Source: Eledone cirrhosa
Taxonomy: Eukaryota
Assembly (NCBI GenBank): GCA_964016885.1
Contig: OZ024742.1
Location: 243,908,001-243,972,000 of the forward strand
Length of the DNA stretch: 64,000 bases
Direction: 5' to 3'
Shown here: piece by piece, positions 14,425 to 27,992 of the stretch
Layout of the letters: each line of letters opens with the position of its first letter
How positions within the stretch are numbered: the stretch's first letter is position 1
Program-made: the position numbers and the translations under genes
The notes under the pieces: generated by a model
Told to the model about the DNA's origin: nothing
What the model saw: the letters and a program-made list of their open reading frames with translations, nothing else
The model's database searches: none

Positions 14425-15544
14425 TCGATAAGGATAATTATATATCAAATATATAAGAACCGTAGAGCAAATATTAAAATAAAATATTAAAGTTTAAGCA
14501 AAGAATCGCTCCTTTCACCCTATATATATGTATGTATGTGTGTGTGTGTATATATATATAGTCTTCAAACATTTCCATTGACCCTTGCGATGTGCAGCTA
14601 ATCGTCACACTTGGTTTTGAATTGATGATACTTTTTCTTTTTGTTTCCCTTTTTTCTTTTTTTTTTTCATTACTCTCACTCTGGTTATATATTTTGGCGC
14701 GTTATAATTGTGAGATTCCTGGCGATAGTTATTTGTATTTATTATGTGTTTATATTTTTATTCTGAAAGAATTATGAACAATTTGTTATTAATGTTATTT
14801 ATACAACTGTGAATAAAAGTTATTCCCTATATAGTTCACACTATAAATTGGTTGTGTAAATATTACAATAAAAAACACCCAGCACACGCTGTAAATGTGG
14901 TTGGCATTAGGAAGGGCATCCAGTCATAGAAACCAAGCCAAAATTGGTCCTGTGTGAGCTCTGGCTTGGCTCACATCTAGACAACTCGTCTACCCATGCT
15001 AATGTGGAAAAATGGACATTATACGTTGACAGAGAGAGTGAGATTGGAAATTACTAATTAGACTAGTAAGACCACATTCAGTTAAGTACTTGATACTTGG
15101 GAAAGTAGGGTATATGTAGAGTGAAAAGTTAGTGCCTGACCGCTGAGCTCATGCTGTTTCAATGGCGAGTGGGTAACTGAATTAATTGTTCATCTATTCG
15201 CATACAATGTTTCTTCAGCAGTGTGTGCATGTGAGGGGGTGCGGGTGGAGAAACGGGTGTAGTTGGAGCAGGAGGGGGAGTTATAGAGTGAACTATGGGG
15301 CTGGGATGGGGTATAGTCTCATAGTCACAAGGGATCTGTTGCAATGTCTGGCGCTTGGATTTATGTATTATTTACCCCCTCTTAGTTGTGTTTGTATGTG
15401 TGTAAGTCTGCATCAGTGTGTATTTGTACAATTGTGTGTTTACGATGTTCACATGTTCACTATGAGAGGATCAGTAAAAGAATCTGGGATAGGATCCTAC
15501 CAAACGTAAAACAAGTGAGGCTCAGACTCTAGACCAACACACAA

Positions 15545-15763
15545 GAGGTTATACACTAGTTCCAAAGCATAGATGACAAGCCCAACACTAAATGCGTACA
15601 ATTTGACATCGAAAATTATTTTGCCTCCATACCACAACCATTCCTGGAAGCTCCTATAGAATATGTCTGAGCCATTATCCCAATCAACGACCAGGATATC
15701 AACATCATCCTCCATGCCAGGAAGACAGTCGTTGATTATGATAATTCCACCTGGATCAAGAGG
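15545..15763 (+). pseudogene. Penelope-like element reverse transcriptase fragment with two stops
   Basis: EVIH*FQSIDDKPNTKCVQFDIENYFASIP..IEYV*AIIPINDQDINIILHARKTVVDYDNSTWIKR resembles the WF..I..K..F.QFDI..FYPSI..II.HARK..W.KK pattern of invertebrate PLE RTs. Confidence 0.65.
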
Positions 15764-16334
15764 TTGATGTCATTGAACAGTGAATAAGTGAGTGTGTATG
15801 TTTTGGCTGTGCTTGTTGTGTGCATGTGGGTGGGTGGATCAGTAAATGGGAATGTGTGTATTTTTTGTGACTTTGTATTTGTGCAAGCAACCACAAGCAG
15901 AATGCTTACACATCTACATCACTACTAAGGCAAACACATAGGTATGCACCACTCTTGAGCAGAACACACTTGCACATAGCACTATGACAACTCCTCCCCA
16001 AGTAAGCACACACAACACACATACCAACACCACCAGACTGAGAATGCACCCCCCTCCCCAATATACCAAGACTAATATCAAGCACACACAAGCTGGCACA
16101 TATACACATCACATACTCACAAGGAAGGGGTGGGGGATCTCCTCAACTACACACCCACACACTAAAAATGGTAAGCTACACCCCACAACTACAACACTAA
16201 CATGGTCCCCAAAATAAAAGAATAGAAGAGGGAAGGAAAGCGAAGGAGAGAGAGAGAACTGGAAGAGATAATACTTACTACCCTGAACTTACCCCCACAC
16301 CAGAAGCTCCTGACCTTGTTTTCGACATTAGCAG

Positions 16335-16670
16335 TTTCATCTTCTTCTTTTCTTTGCCCACCTATCCCTGAGAGGGTCGTGGGTGCAGAGTCCTCAAACT
16401 GATCCTGCCGGATCCCCCAAGCAAGACCAGCCAAGCTCATGGATGTAACCCAACCATCTTGCTTGGGGTCTACCCCTGGGTCTCCTACCTGTTGGTTTCG
16501 CCTGTAAAATCTGTCCAGCAATTCTTTCCTGAGACATTTTAACCACATGCCCATAGTATGGGAGATGTGATCTATCAATTCAGAGAAGTAGCAGCTCTAC
16601 TTGGAGTGACTCTCTGATCTCCAAGCTATCCACTTTATCGAGTAACATTGCTTCAAAGACCCTTCGGTCT
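16335..16670 (-). mobile_element. 3' fragment of the same second RTE family
   Basis: High similarity to 19380-19635; minus strand reads YYGHVVKM..RPRGRPQARW. Confidence 0.8.
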
Positions 16671-17351
16671 TAGGATTACTTCCCAAATTTTAGCCATCTT
16701 CACTTATTGACCATCACATACACACACAACTAACAAGGCGCAAATAATACATAAATCAAAGTGCCAGGAGCATGCCTGCACACATGGACACAGACATCAT
16801 AGCAGATCCTTCGCCACTATGAGACTATCGGCCAAAAGATCCCCTCTCCCAACAACACCCTTTTCTTCACTTTAAACAACTAGCTCCTGAAGAAACAGCA
16901 TATGGAAAAATGGTTGGAAATGAACAATTTAGTTATCCACTCACCATTGAAACAGCAGTGTGAGCTCAGCTGTTGGGCACTAACTTTTCACCACACACAC
17001 ACATTTCCATTCCCCGATCCCTAGCCTGTATAGATACACCTACCATTCTTGCCCCCACCCCACCCCTCCATTCCTTCCCCATTCTCTCCTTTAGAATACT
17101 AACCAATCCAGTTAGTGACCTAATTCTACACAACTCACATAAATTCCAAAGAGAAAAATGTTCTTCTTAACTCCAGTACACCCATGAAAAGACTTGCTTA
17201 ATACAAATCGAAACCGCTTGGTGCCGCAGTCAGGTCTCTCTCTCTCTCTCGCCATACACACATATATATATATATATATATATGTGTGTGTATATATATA
17301 TATGTGCGTGTATGTTATATTCCCCCATCCCTCTTCAGTTATCTATCTATT

Positions 17352-17434
<83 letters not shown>

Positions 17435-17629
17435 CATAATGCGATGATGTAATTAACTAAACTGATAATGAATTGTGAGACTGCCTCTCTTCTTAATATT
17501 GAAACTTTGCCTGTGGTATCCTTGACGTTGAGTACTTCTTCTTCATTACATCACTATTGCTCAACTACTTGGATCAACCAACACATATCATAATATATAT
17601 GTGCATGCATGTGTCTGTGTGTGTGTGTG

Positions 17630-17699
<70 letters not shown>

Positions 17700-18094
17700 G
17701 GCGCGTGGCTTAGTGGTTAGAGCATTGGGCTTGCAATCAAAAGGTTGTGAGTTCAATTCTCGGACCGGGTGATGTGTTGTTTACTTGAGCAAGACACTTT
17801 ATTTCACATTGCTTCAGTTTACTCAGCTGTAGAAATGAGATGACAGGACTGGGGTTCCTATCATTCCACTGCAAAGTGGTCATAGAGTTGCCACGGAAAA
17901 AAAGCACCCATCACTCACTGTAAATGAGGTTGGTGTTAGGAAGGGCATCCAACTGTAGAAATCAAGCCAGAATCAGTTCCTGTATGAGCAAGACAAGGTC
18001 AGCCGACCGGACCCTGCCCACAACAGGATAACCCATCTAACCCATGCTAGCATGGAAGAACGGACGTAAAACGGTGATGTAGATGAATGATGAT
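17700..18094 (+). mobile_element. SINE family A (tRNA head, CORE-like domain, RTE-derived tail), full length
   Basis: A box tggcttagtgg, B box gagttcaattc, CORE-like ttgagcaagacacttta..ctcagctgtagaaatg; tail nearly identical to 56165-56430. Confidence 0.9.
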
Positions 18095-18333
18095 ATATAA
18101 AAGGAAAATATGAAAAAAAGTAGAAAATGTTAATAGGATTTTCTCATAGAATAACAGCAAAACATATTTTTAAAAGTAATTTATTGTAACGGCTTCAGCC
18201 GATAAATATTTCGGCTCCTTCATGCTACAGGAAATATGATAAAAAGTATATAATAAAATTAAGGTGTATATTAATTAGAAAAGGATATTAGAGAACATAG
18301 TTCATATATATATATATAAAAATTCACATTTTC

Positions 18334-18409
<76 letters not shown>

Positions 18410-19362
18410 GTGTGTGTGGTAGTAGCAGCTAAAATATAAGTTAGTTTGTCCTCTGAGATATATATATCTCAGGAATTGAACTTCAAGACCATAGAGGTAT
18501 GTCATATAGCAAATCATATATTTTATCTGACGAGGACATACTGAAAAAACAACACAGTGCCTTTGAAATATATATAATAAAGCATATATTTTGATTATGT
18601 GAATATCTTCATTTGTTAATATTTTGAATAATATATATAAATATATATATAACCTCTTGCATGACATTCTGACATGGCAAAGGCAACTAATAATAAAACT
18701 AGCATGTAACTTGACCTTCAATATATGGATACTTATTTAGTATCTGTTGAGATTTAGATTTCTTTTTTTTAGAACTTCAAACAAGAACACTTTTATACTT
18801 TACGCATAACCCACTATATGGCCCTATCTTTACCATCAGGGTTAACTAATAAGTAGTACTTTATTATGGGTCAAATTATTTGCTCCGTTTTCCTAACTTC
18901 TCTGCTTTTGTTTCCTTCCTAATGAAGAACTGACCTCTTAAATGTTGACACTTTTTTATTCTTTCACTTAAGCATTAAACTAATAACACTTTTCACAATT
19001 TATTCACAGTTTGTTTTTATTTTTACTGTTCTTGATTGCTGACCTTGCACTGTGTATGTGTGCGCGTGTATCACCATCATCATTACTGTTTAAAATCCAT
19101 TTTCCACGCTAGCATTTTTGTTGTACCAACACAACCACTTTACAGGTGGGCTGGGTGCTTTTTATTGTATCACCAACATGCCCACCTTAATGGGTGGGCT
19201 GGGGGTATTTGTTGCATCACCAACGCAACTATGTCATAGGATGAACTTGATCATATATCTATATATGTGTTTGTTTGTATGTATGTTTGTTTGTGTGCAT
19301 GTGTATAAAAGCATTTGGAAAAGTAGTTATTTTGCTATGAAATAACAAGAACAGAATATATT

Positions 19363-20200
19363 TCTTCTTCTCCCCTCCAATTATTCCTGAGAGGGTCGTG
19401 GGAGCAGTGTCCTCAAACACTCCATCCAACGGGTCCTGTCAGAAGCAACTGTCTCCAGCTAATCCAGCTGGATCCCCAAGCAAGACCAGCCAAGCTCATG
19501 GATGTTATACAACCATTTTGCTCGGGGTCTGCTCCTGAGTCTCCTGCCTGTTGGTTTTGCCCGTAAAATCTGTCCAGCGATTCTTTCCTGTGACATTCTA
19601 ACCACATGTCCATAGTATCAGAGCTGTGATCTCTCATGAACAGAGTTGACATGTGCACCTGGGTTGGAAGTGGTATCATGACTGGCGCTTGTAAAATCAG
19701 TCGGCTGGAGTTTGCAGATGACATGGTGTTACTTAACTTGATCTCTGACTAGTAGTTGATAGATTTGATGCCGAATACTGCATGACTAGAATGAAAATCA
19801 GTGCTGTAAAAACTGAAACACTCGACCCCTGAAAGAAGTCTGAGCAGTGCACTTTACATGTAAATGTAGTTCCACTGAAGCAGGTAGAGAAGTTCAAGTA
19901 TCTTGGAGCTGTGATTACGAATTTTGGAAAGCAAGAAATGCAGGAGCTGGTGCAGTAATGTGCCAGCTTCAGCATTCGGTAATCAGAAGAAGGGAGGTTG
20001 GTGTAAAAGCCAAATTCGCTATCTTCAATTTGGTATTCATGCCAATCCTTACCTATGGTCATGAATCTTGGGTAATGACTGAAAGAATATGATCACGAAC
20101 ACAAGTGGCTGAAATGGGGTTCCTCCAAAGAGTCTTTGAAGTAACGTTACTTGATAGAGTGCATATCTTGGAGATCAGAGAGTCACTCCAACTAGAGCAG
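19363..20200 (-). mobile_element. Decayed RTE LINE (second family) with a 5' inversion
   Basis: 19363-19635 is the 3' end on the minus strand. About 19640-20200 is RT (LEFADD..KQVEKFKYLG..PILTYGHESW) on the plus strand and ends just before the point where the minus part begins. Confidence 0.75.
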
Positions 20201-21496
20201 AATTTGGAAATTATTTTGGTGGGGTTTTATTTTTATATCCAGATTCTTATAGTTTCTTAAAAAATTCTTGAATATAAAATTAAAAATTTATTGTATAAAA
20301 TTTAGAGTTTTCTCTGAGTTATTTTGAAGAATTTGTAAAGCTAATTTATCTCATCTAGTTTTATTTCTGGAAAACATTTTTGCTTTGAAAACAAGTTATA
20401 TATTTTTTAACTTCTCTTTCTTTAGTGAGAAGTGTACAATAGCTATTTTAAGTTCATTATTCTTGCTCAAGTAGGGGTTAGCCATGTAGGCCCCATGAGA
20501 AGATTAATCATGTTCATCACAAGTGCGTTTTTGAGGTAATGGTTTACAAGCAGATGCCCCTCCTGGTGCCATCACCTTTAGCTAACTTGTACAACATACA
20601 GTGATATGGTGTACTTGTTCTAAACTGGATACACAAACCTTTAGCTAAGAAGATTTGAATTGAAACATGCTTCTTTTTTTCTTTGACTAGAGGTATTGTT
20701 AACAAAAAAAGAAAAGAAAAAGAAGTTAAAGACCATCCCAAGTCCAGAGGCAAATCAGGCCAGGTTTCATTGGCATTAAGCGACTTGGAGTACTTGATCC
20801 CCCCCCCCCCCCCCCCCCCCCCCCGACAGGACACCTGTCCATCACAAGGTTATGGTTAATCTTTAGCTACTACTGGTACTAATTTTCAGCTGAGTGTACT
20901 GTATCAATGTGAGCAATAGAAGTGTGGTAAAAATATTTGATTTTAAATGGATGGATGGAATTTTTTAAAGATCTGAATTTGCAGATTATTAGAGTAATAT
21001 TGATTTCTTGTATTGATTCATGACCACGTAATTGTTGGACAGGGATGTGGCCAATAGAGTATCAATACATGCCTGGTATTTAATTTATTAATCTGGGAAA
21101 GATGATAGTTAAAATTGATCCTTCAAGATATGAACTAAGAACATAAAAGAACATTACAAAATACTACAAAGTATTTTGCCCAGTACTCTGCTATTCCTGC
21201 ATCTACCTATCCCCCTGGCCTAATTATCCAAATACTATTAAACAGACCCTCATGAATGTATCCCTTTAAAATCAATCTTATTCTTATATGATATTGTTTG
21301 AATGTGTATATTAGTTTATTTTGAATAATGCGACAACCGTACTGAAACACATAACTGATTGATTTTCAATTATTTAAAAATTTTATTTAAAAAAAAGAAG
21401 TATTTTGTCAATACTAAATAATATCTAAATGTTTTAGTGAAGATATTTATAATGCTCATCTATTCAATAAATTAATTAGAAAAAATATTTTTTCAG

Positions 21497-21620
21497 GTTC
21501 CTGTTTCTACATCAAGTCTATCAATGTAGGGACTTATCCTGCACATCCTGTTCTAAAGAGATCTTACTCGGGGGATCTCTTCTTTCATAGAGCAGGAGAC
21601 AATGAATTAATGCTAATCAG
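21497..21620 (+). other. Candidate 124-nt 5' leader exon
   Basis: Acceptor atttttttcag|, donor CAG|GTAAAG; non-repetitive and less AT-rich than its flanks. Confidence 0.55.
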
Positions 21621-22087
21621 GTAAAGTTGTTTTTCAGATTTAATTTATTAACTCGCCATTTTAAGAAATATCTAATTTTCTATTAAAAAAAAATGAGAAA
21701 GGAAGAAAAAATTAAAATCATACAAATTTCACAAAGTATAGATCTGCCTAAGCATAAATTGATTAAGTTTTAACGTCCTTAATCGTATAAAACTGCATTA
21801 GCTAGACATTCTTCAAAAGTATAAAACAGCACTAAGAATCTATCACATTAAAATTTCAAGTCTTTATTCTAATACTACCAATTTTCACAACAATCTGTCT
21901 ACTAGTAAAGGTACTATAAGCATTTGAATTAACAAACCCATTTAAAAATATTTTCTGTTGGTGTAACTCAAGTTGGTGTAATCGGTTAGCACACTTATAG
22001 CAAAAATAAAAGGTTTGGGTTTAATTCCCACACATGCTCATGCACATTTTTCCTGTTCTATTGGCCTATATGCTGTTATTAATAGAC

Positions 22088-22375
22088 TCATCATCATCAT
22101 TTCATTTTATGTCCGCTTTTTCCCTGCTTGCAAGGGTGGGACGGGAACTGATTCTGGCTTGATTTCTACAGCTGGATGCCCTTCCTAACACCAACCTCAT
22201 TTACAGTGAGTGCTGGGACCCCAGTCCCTATCATCTCATTTCTACAGCTGAGTAAACTGGAGCAATGTGAAATAAAGTGTCTTGCTCAAGGAAACAACAC
22301 ATCACCCGGTCTGAGAATTGAACTCACAACCTTTTGATTGCAAGGCCAATGCTCTAACCACTAAGCCATGTGTCT
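22088..22375 (-). mobile_element. SINE family A with an internal deletion
   Basis: Reverse complement of 23689-24030 lacking about 50 nt. Confidence 0.9.
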
Positions 22376-22403
22376 CCATATTGTTATATTATATATATAT
22401 ATA

Positions 22404-22715
22404 ATCATCATCATCATCATCATCATCGTTTAACGTCCATTTTTCCATACTGGCATGGATTAGACAAGTTACCTTGTTGTGAGCAATGCCAGGTCAGGTG
22501 ACTATTTCTTGCTCATACAGAACCAATTCTGGCTTGGTTTCTACAGCTGGATGTCCTTCTTAGCACCATCCTCATTTACAATGAGTATTGGGTGCTTTTT
22601 GTCGTGACACCAACACAACCACTTTACAGTGTGGATGAGTGCTTTTTGCCATGACACCTACATGACCACTTTACAGTGTGGGCTGGGCACTTTTTGCAAT
22701 GTTGCCATTATGACC
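22404..22715 (-). mobile_element. RTE 3' UTR fragment
   Basis: (ATC)n gtttaacgtccatttttccat.. homologous to 56165-56430. Confidence 0.8.
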
Positions 22716-22975
22716 AGCTCTACCTGAAGGCTTCATGAGCTGGCAAATCAAGAATCACCTAATCGACACTCTTTATAAAAAGAAATAAACCATTACAACT
22801 ATAAATTCGATTTTGAAAGGACTTTGTACATAGATAGCATGACGAAATCTGTGTAAGAGCAGGGAAAATTCATTTACCTGGACTGGCTAAATTACAATGT
22901 GTACCTTTACAGCAGTCGCACATGCAATTAGAACAGACAGGCTTTAACAGCTGATATTTTTCGGTAGGAATTGTA

Positions 22976-23038
<63 letters not shown>

Positions 23039-23163
23039 TCCCGATAAAGGACTAGAGTCCAGAGTGTTAAGACCCTCTTCCTTCTATTTCAAGTGTTAAA
23101 TTAATACATTCCTTCTATATACTGTACTGTTTGTGTTGTTATTTCCGTTTGCCTTTTATTAGA

Positions 23164-23532
23164 GGCACATGGCTTAGTGGTTAGAGCATTGGCCTTGCAA
23201 TCGAAAGGTTGTGAGTTCAATTCTCAGACCGAGTGATGTGTTGTTTCCTTGAGCAAGACACTTTATTTCACATTGCTTCAGTTTACTTAGCTGTAGAAAT
23301 GAGATGATAGGGACTGGGGTCCATATCATTCCACTATAGAGTGGTCATGGAGGTGCCACGGCAAAAAAAAAAGCACCCAGCCGACACTGTAAAGTGGACG
23401 TGTAGGTGCCACGGAAAAAAAAAAAAGCACCCAGCACTCACTGTAAATGAGGTTGGTGTTAGGAAGGGCATCCAGCTGTAGAAATCAAGGCAGGGAAAAG
23501 CGGACGTAAAATGAAATGATGATGATGAATGA

Positions 23533-23536
<4 letters not shown>
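23164..23536 (+). mobile_element. SINE family A
   Basis: Same head, CORE and tail with an extra tail unit; ends in (TGA)n then (TA)n. Confidence 0.9.
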
Positions 23537-23594
<58 letters not shown>

Positions 23595-23688
23595 TATATA
23601 ATATATATAATTGTTTCTACTTTAGTCACAAGGCCAGCAATTACCCAGTGCATTACAATTTAAATAATAAGCTGAATATATATATAGA

Positions 23689-24030
23689 GGCACATGGCTT
23701 AGTGGTTAGAGCATTGGCCTTGCAATCGAAAGGTTGTGAGTTCAATTCTCAGACCGGGTGATGTGTTGTTTCCTTGAGCAAGACACTTTATTTCACATTG
23801 CTCCAGTTTACTCAGCTGTAGAAATGAGATGATAGGGACTGGGGTCCCTATCATTCCACTGCAAAGTGGTCGTGGAGGTGCCACGGCAAAAAGCACCCAG
23901 CACTCACTGTAAATGAGGTTGGTGTTAGGAAGGGCATCCAGCTGTAGAAATCAAGCCAGAATCAGTTCCTGTCCCACCCTTGCAAGCAGGGAAAAAGCGG
24001 ACGTAAAATGAAATGATGAATGATGATGAT
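23689..24030 (+). mobile_element. SINE family A, full length, inserted in (TA)n
   Basis: Near identical to 32362-32693. Confidence 0.9.
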
Positions 24031-24041
24031 ATACATATATT

Positions 24042-24075
<34 letters not shown>

Positions 24076-24744
24076 TATTCAGCTTATTATTTAAATTGTT
24101 AATTGCTGGCCTTGTGCCAAAAGTAGAAACAATTATTTTAATTGTTATTTAATTCTGTGAGGATAGTTTTGGTATTCCAAGGGTGATGGACAAATAGAAA
24201 TTATGCACTGTAAATTATATTAATAAATTGCTTTCCCAGATATTACTATTTTAAAGTTTTATAATAATAAACAATATTGTGATGAACTGTAATTAATATT
24301 TCTCCTTATCAACCAGTACATCTTAATATTTTTTTAAATTCATACTATAATCATAACAATAACTAAATTACTAGCGTAATTCAATTATTTGATAAAATTA
24401 TTTTCAAATTTGTTTCTAACTTATCTGAAATTCTTTTGATCTGTGTATCATCTTATTTTATTTGCTTTTTTTACTTTGTCAGTGATTTTCTTAGACTACC
24501 ACCAACTTAGGATAATAAATTATCCACTTTTTAACACCTGTTGGAGGATTTTCATGTTGTTGATCATCATGTTATCATTATCCGATTCCTGTTATTTTTA
24601 AAACAACTCTGTAACTAGTTTTAGTTTAATTCTCCCTTCAAATTTGCATGCATTACACATCTATCAAGTCATTGTCTGATTTCCAGTGCTTGCAAGTTTC
24701 TTTTAGCTTTTGTTACTAGTAAATCCTCCACTACTAAGTCATTT

Positions 24745-24875
<131 letters not shown>

Positions 24876-26398
24876 CTTAACATGCATCAAGTACTACCCT
24901 GATTTTTGGTCTACCCAGTTTTTAAACCATGAACACTACACACACACACTCACACTTACTCTGTAGTCCCTGCTTGGTTACTGACTTGGTCTGTGAAGAC
25001 CAATCCAATATTTTCTATCAAGAAAAATACCTGTTTCTTCTTTCCTATCAGTAGTGAAGGTTATTGAGTACAATATGATGAAAGTAAGGGGTTTGATGAG
25101 GAAGAGGTGTTGAGGATAAAGAAAATTAGAAGAGCCTGTCATGGGGCAATGCAATACTAAATCCTGCTTTAGTAAGGAAAATAACCTTGAAGCACTTGTT
25201 GCTGCTGCTATTATTGTTGTTCTTTCCCACCTTTACCAGTCTTCTGTCTTTACAGTCTTTTTCATCATCATCATCACCATTCTACACCCACTTTTTTTAT
25301 ACTAACATGAGTTGGAGAGTTCATTACAGATCAATTCAGTACTTAATCAACTTACTGGCCTCCTTGACTATCAGCCACATTCCAGTTAGACATGATTTTT
25401 TTTCTATAGCTGGATGCCCTCCTAATGCCCATCACTCTATGTTTGCTGGGTACATTTTATTGTGGTGCTAGAACTAGGTAAGTTATCATGTCCTTGGCAA
25501 AATTGGCAAGATTTCTATAGTTCTACAGAGTACAGAGTGGACTATTTTTTTAAATATCATATTATTACACCTTTGAGGTCAGCAACATTTAGTATGGAAG
25601 TAAAAAATATTTTATTGTTCAAATTAAGAAGTTATGTAAGTCTCTTTTAGCTTTTGTTGCCTCTAAATTTTCTATCAACGCTTCCATTACCATATTTCTA
25701 ATGAAAGACAGCCCATGATTTTCAAATAATTTTGAAAATAATCAAAAGAATTTTAAGGGATTTAGTAATATAAGTAATTTTCTCATAATTAGTCAGGTGT
25801 TCGAAACATAACTTAACAGCACGGTTTGGTACCAAAAAGGTTAATCAGGTTAGTTGATTATCAAGTATCTTAATATACTCACATGTATACATACTGACAA
25901 TTCATTTCAAAATGATGCTTCTATAAGAAAATATCATCTACTAAGTTTCAGCTATAGACTTTAAGAATCGTTACTTGATCTAAAATGTAGACAATACCTC
26001 CTATTGGCATATATTTTTTAAAACAATGTATGTAACCTGTAAGGGGAAAAGTAATTTGAGAAGATGTGACCAGTCATGTAAACTTTGAATAGTTCTTGAA
26101 TTGTCTTCTGTATAAATTACTTTGTCATCTTAATGGACAAAAGAAATGTAAATGTGTGTAGGCTATTATATTCATTGCAAAGCAAATATAATAGCAATGG
26201 GAACCTTGTTCAGTCAATAAGTCTATACTTCATGAATGATATTCATTCAAGTTTCTTTCCAACTTTCTGCCTATCTTTCCTTTATGGCACCATACATTAT
26301 TATTTACAACTAACTCTCAAGTGAATTAGTGCAGTGGTTTTGAGCTGTAATATTCTGGAGCACGGCAGGTGTCATTGTAATCTACATGTTTTTTTTTG

Positions 26399-26467
<69 letters not shown>

Positions 26468-27267
26468 AACTGTATTAAGACATGATCTACAGTTCACAAA
26501 TCTAATGAAAGATTTACCCTGTTCAGCATATTTTCTTTGAACTGTTATTAAAAATAACTGCTATGTTTATGTTTCACAGTGAAGACTTTTCAAGAAGTTT
26601 TCAAAATATAACGAAGTCCAGGAAGAAAAAGTCAAATATGAAAATGACTTGGTTTGATTAGAGGAGAGATTAAAAATAAAAATAGTATATTCTTATGAAA
26701 GAATCAGCTTGAAATTGGGGGCTGTTGTTGTTATCTCTCAAACACTAACTTGATATTTAGTTATATATTATATCATTTATTCAGATTTTATAGGGTGTGG
26801 TTGTGAAATTGAGTATATTTGAAGAAACTTACATTCCAACATTCTTATAGTGTGACGAAAGAAAACCTTTTACATCTATATCTGTTACTATTGACCTCTA
26901 TAAAATAAAATATTTTGTGGTTGGAATTCATTGATTTGAACTTTTAAGTATTAAAATGCAGTTTAGTTAGACATCTATTTGGCAATTAATTATATTTGAA
27001 AATTGATACATTTAAGAGCGTGTCTAGAATATTTTACATCTAATTAAGTTCTTTGGCAGTGTAGTTGCAATCTTAGGTAATTCTGCTGATTATCTACAAT
27101 TTTTAGTTGCTTGTATTTCTTGACATTTGTTGGTATGTTTGGCAAAATCTTTAGTGTTTTTCATATCAAAATGAAATAATTCACTCAGGTATAAGGTTCT
27201 GACACACACAAAACAGACATATATATATGTATATATATCATTTTTTTTTTACAAATATTCTTTACAG

Positions 27268-27280
27268 TGATTTTTAAAAG
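27268..27280 (+). other. Candidate 13-nt leader microexon
   Basis: T10 tract then attctttacag| TGATTTTTAAAAG |GTAAGA. Confidence 0.3.
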
Positions 27281-27960
27281 GTAAGAATTATTTTTTAAAG
27301 TTACTGTGAAGAATATTATTATCATTTAAAGTACATTTCCCTGCTAACAAGGAATGGATAAGTTGTTACAGATCAGGGCGGTATTTGTGTGTATGTGTGT
27401 GTATTATCATCATCACCACCATCACCATTTTATTTTCCATGTTTGCTTGGATTAGATGGCAAGGCTAGTCAGGTCAAATGACCACATTTCACTCATACAT
27501 TTGATTCTGGGCATGATTTCTATGGCTGAATGTCCTTCCTAATGTCAGCCACTTTACAGTGTGTATTAGGTGCATTTTATAATGGCATAGTCACTTCCAC
27601 CTGATAGGAGGGATGTTTGGATATTTTTTTTTGTGGCACCAGCGCTACCACTTTACTGTATGGACTGTGTGAATTTTATTGTGGTGCAAGACTACCATAT
27701 TTTGAACGCTAAGGCATTTGTGTTGTGGGAAGGTAGGTATTGACAAGGAGGTGGTGTAGCCTTAAAGAGAGTGACACCTGGCGGGACAATGCATAGTGCA
27801 CTTGGCTTTCCATGCTAGCATGGGTTGGACAAGGAAGGAGGGATGTGTGTGTGTATATATATTATTATATTTGGGGATGGTCATGTTATATATATATATA
27901 TATTAAATGTTAACCTTAACGATTGCGTTGTTATTACTGTTTACCTTTTACACGCACGTG

Positions 27961-27992
<32 letters not shown>

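Larger units (their letters stand above)
15121..16991. mobile_element. Decayed Penelope-like element bounded by inverted ~100-bp repeats (15121-15218 / 16887-16991)
   Basis: gtgaaaagttagtgcc..gtttcaatgg..gtttcttcag is inverted at 16887-16991. The arms hold CTGAAGA..GAAAC remnants and enclose the RT fragment and an RTE insertion. Confidence 0.55.

Noticed and set aside
15545-15763. In-frame TGA in the Penelope-like RT as possible selenocysteine
   Set aside because: The same frame also has a TAG at a conserved Trp position, so ordinary decay is the simpler explanation.
17700-17770. tRNA-like sequences with A and B boxes
   Set aside because: They are SINE heads continuing into CORE-like and LINE-derived sequence, without a proper acceptor stem.
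26580-26661. Possible terminal exon after tttcacag (EDFSRSFQNITKSRKKKSNMKMTWFD*) in frame with exon 21497-21620
   Set aside because: Acceptor only moderate, no homology and no good donor; not supportable without RNA data.
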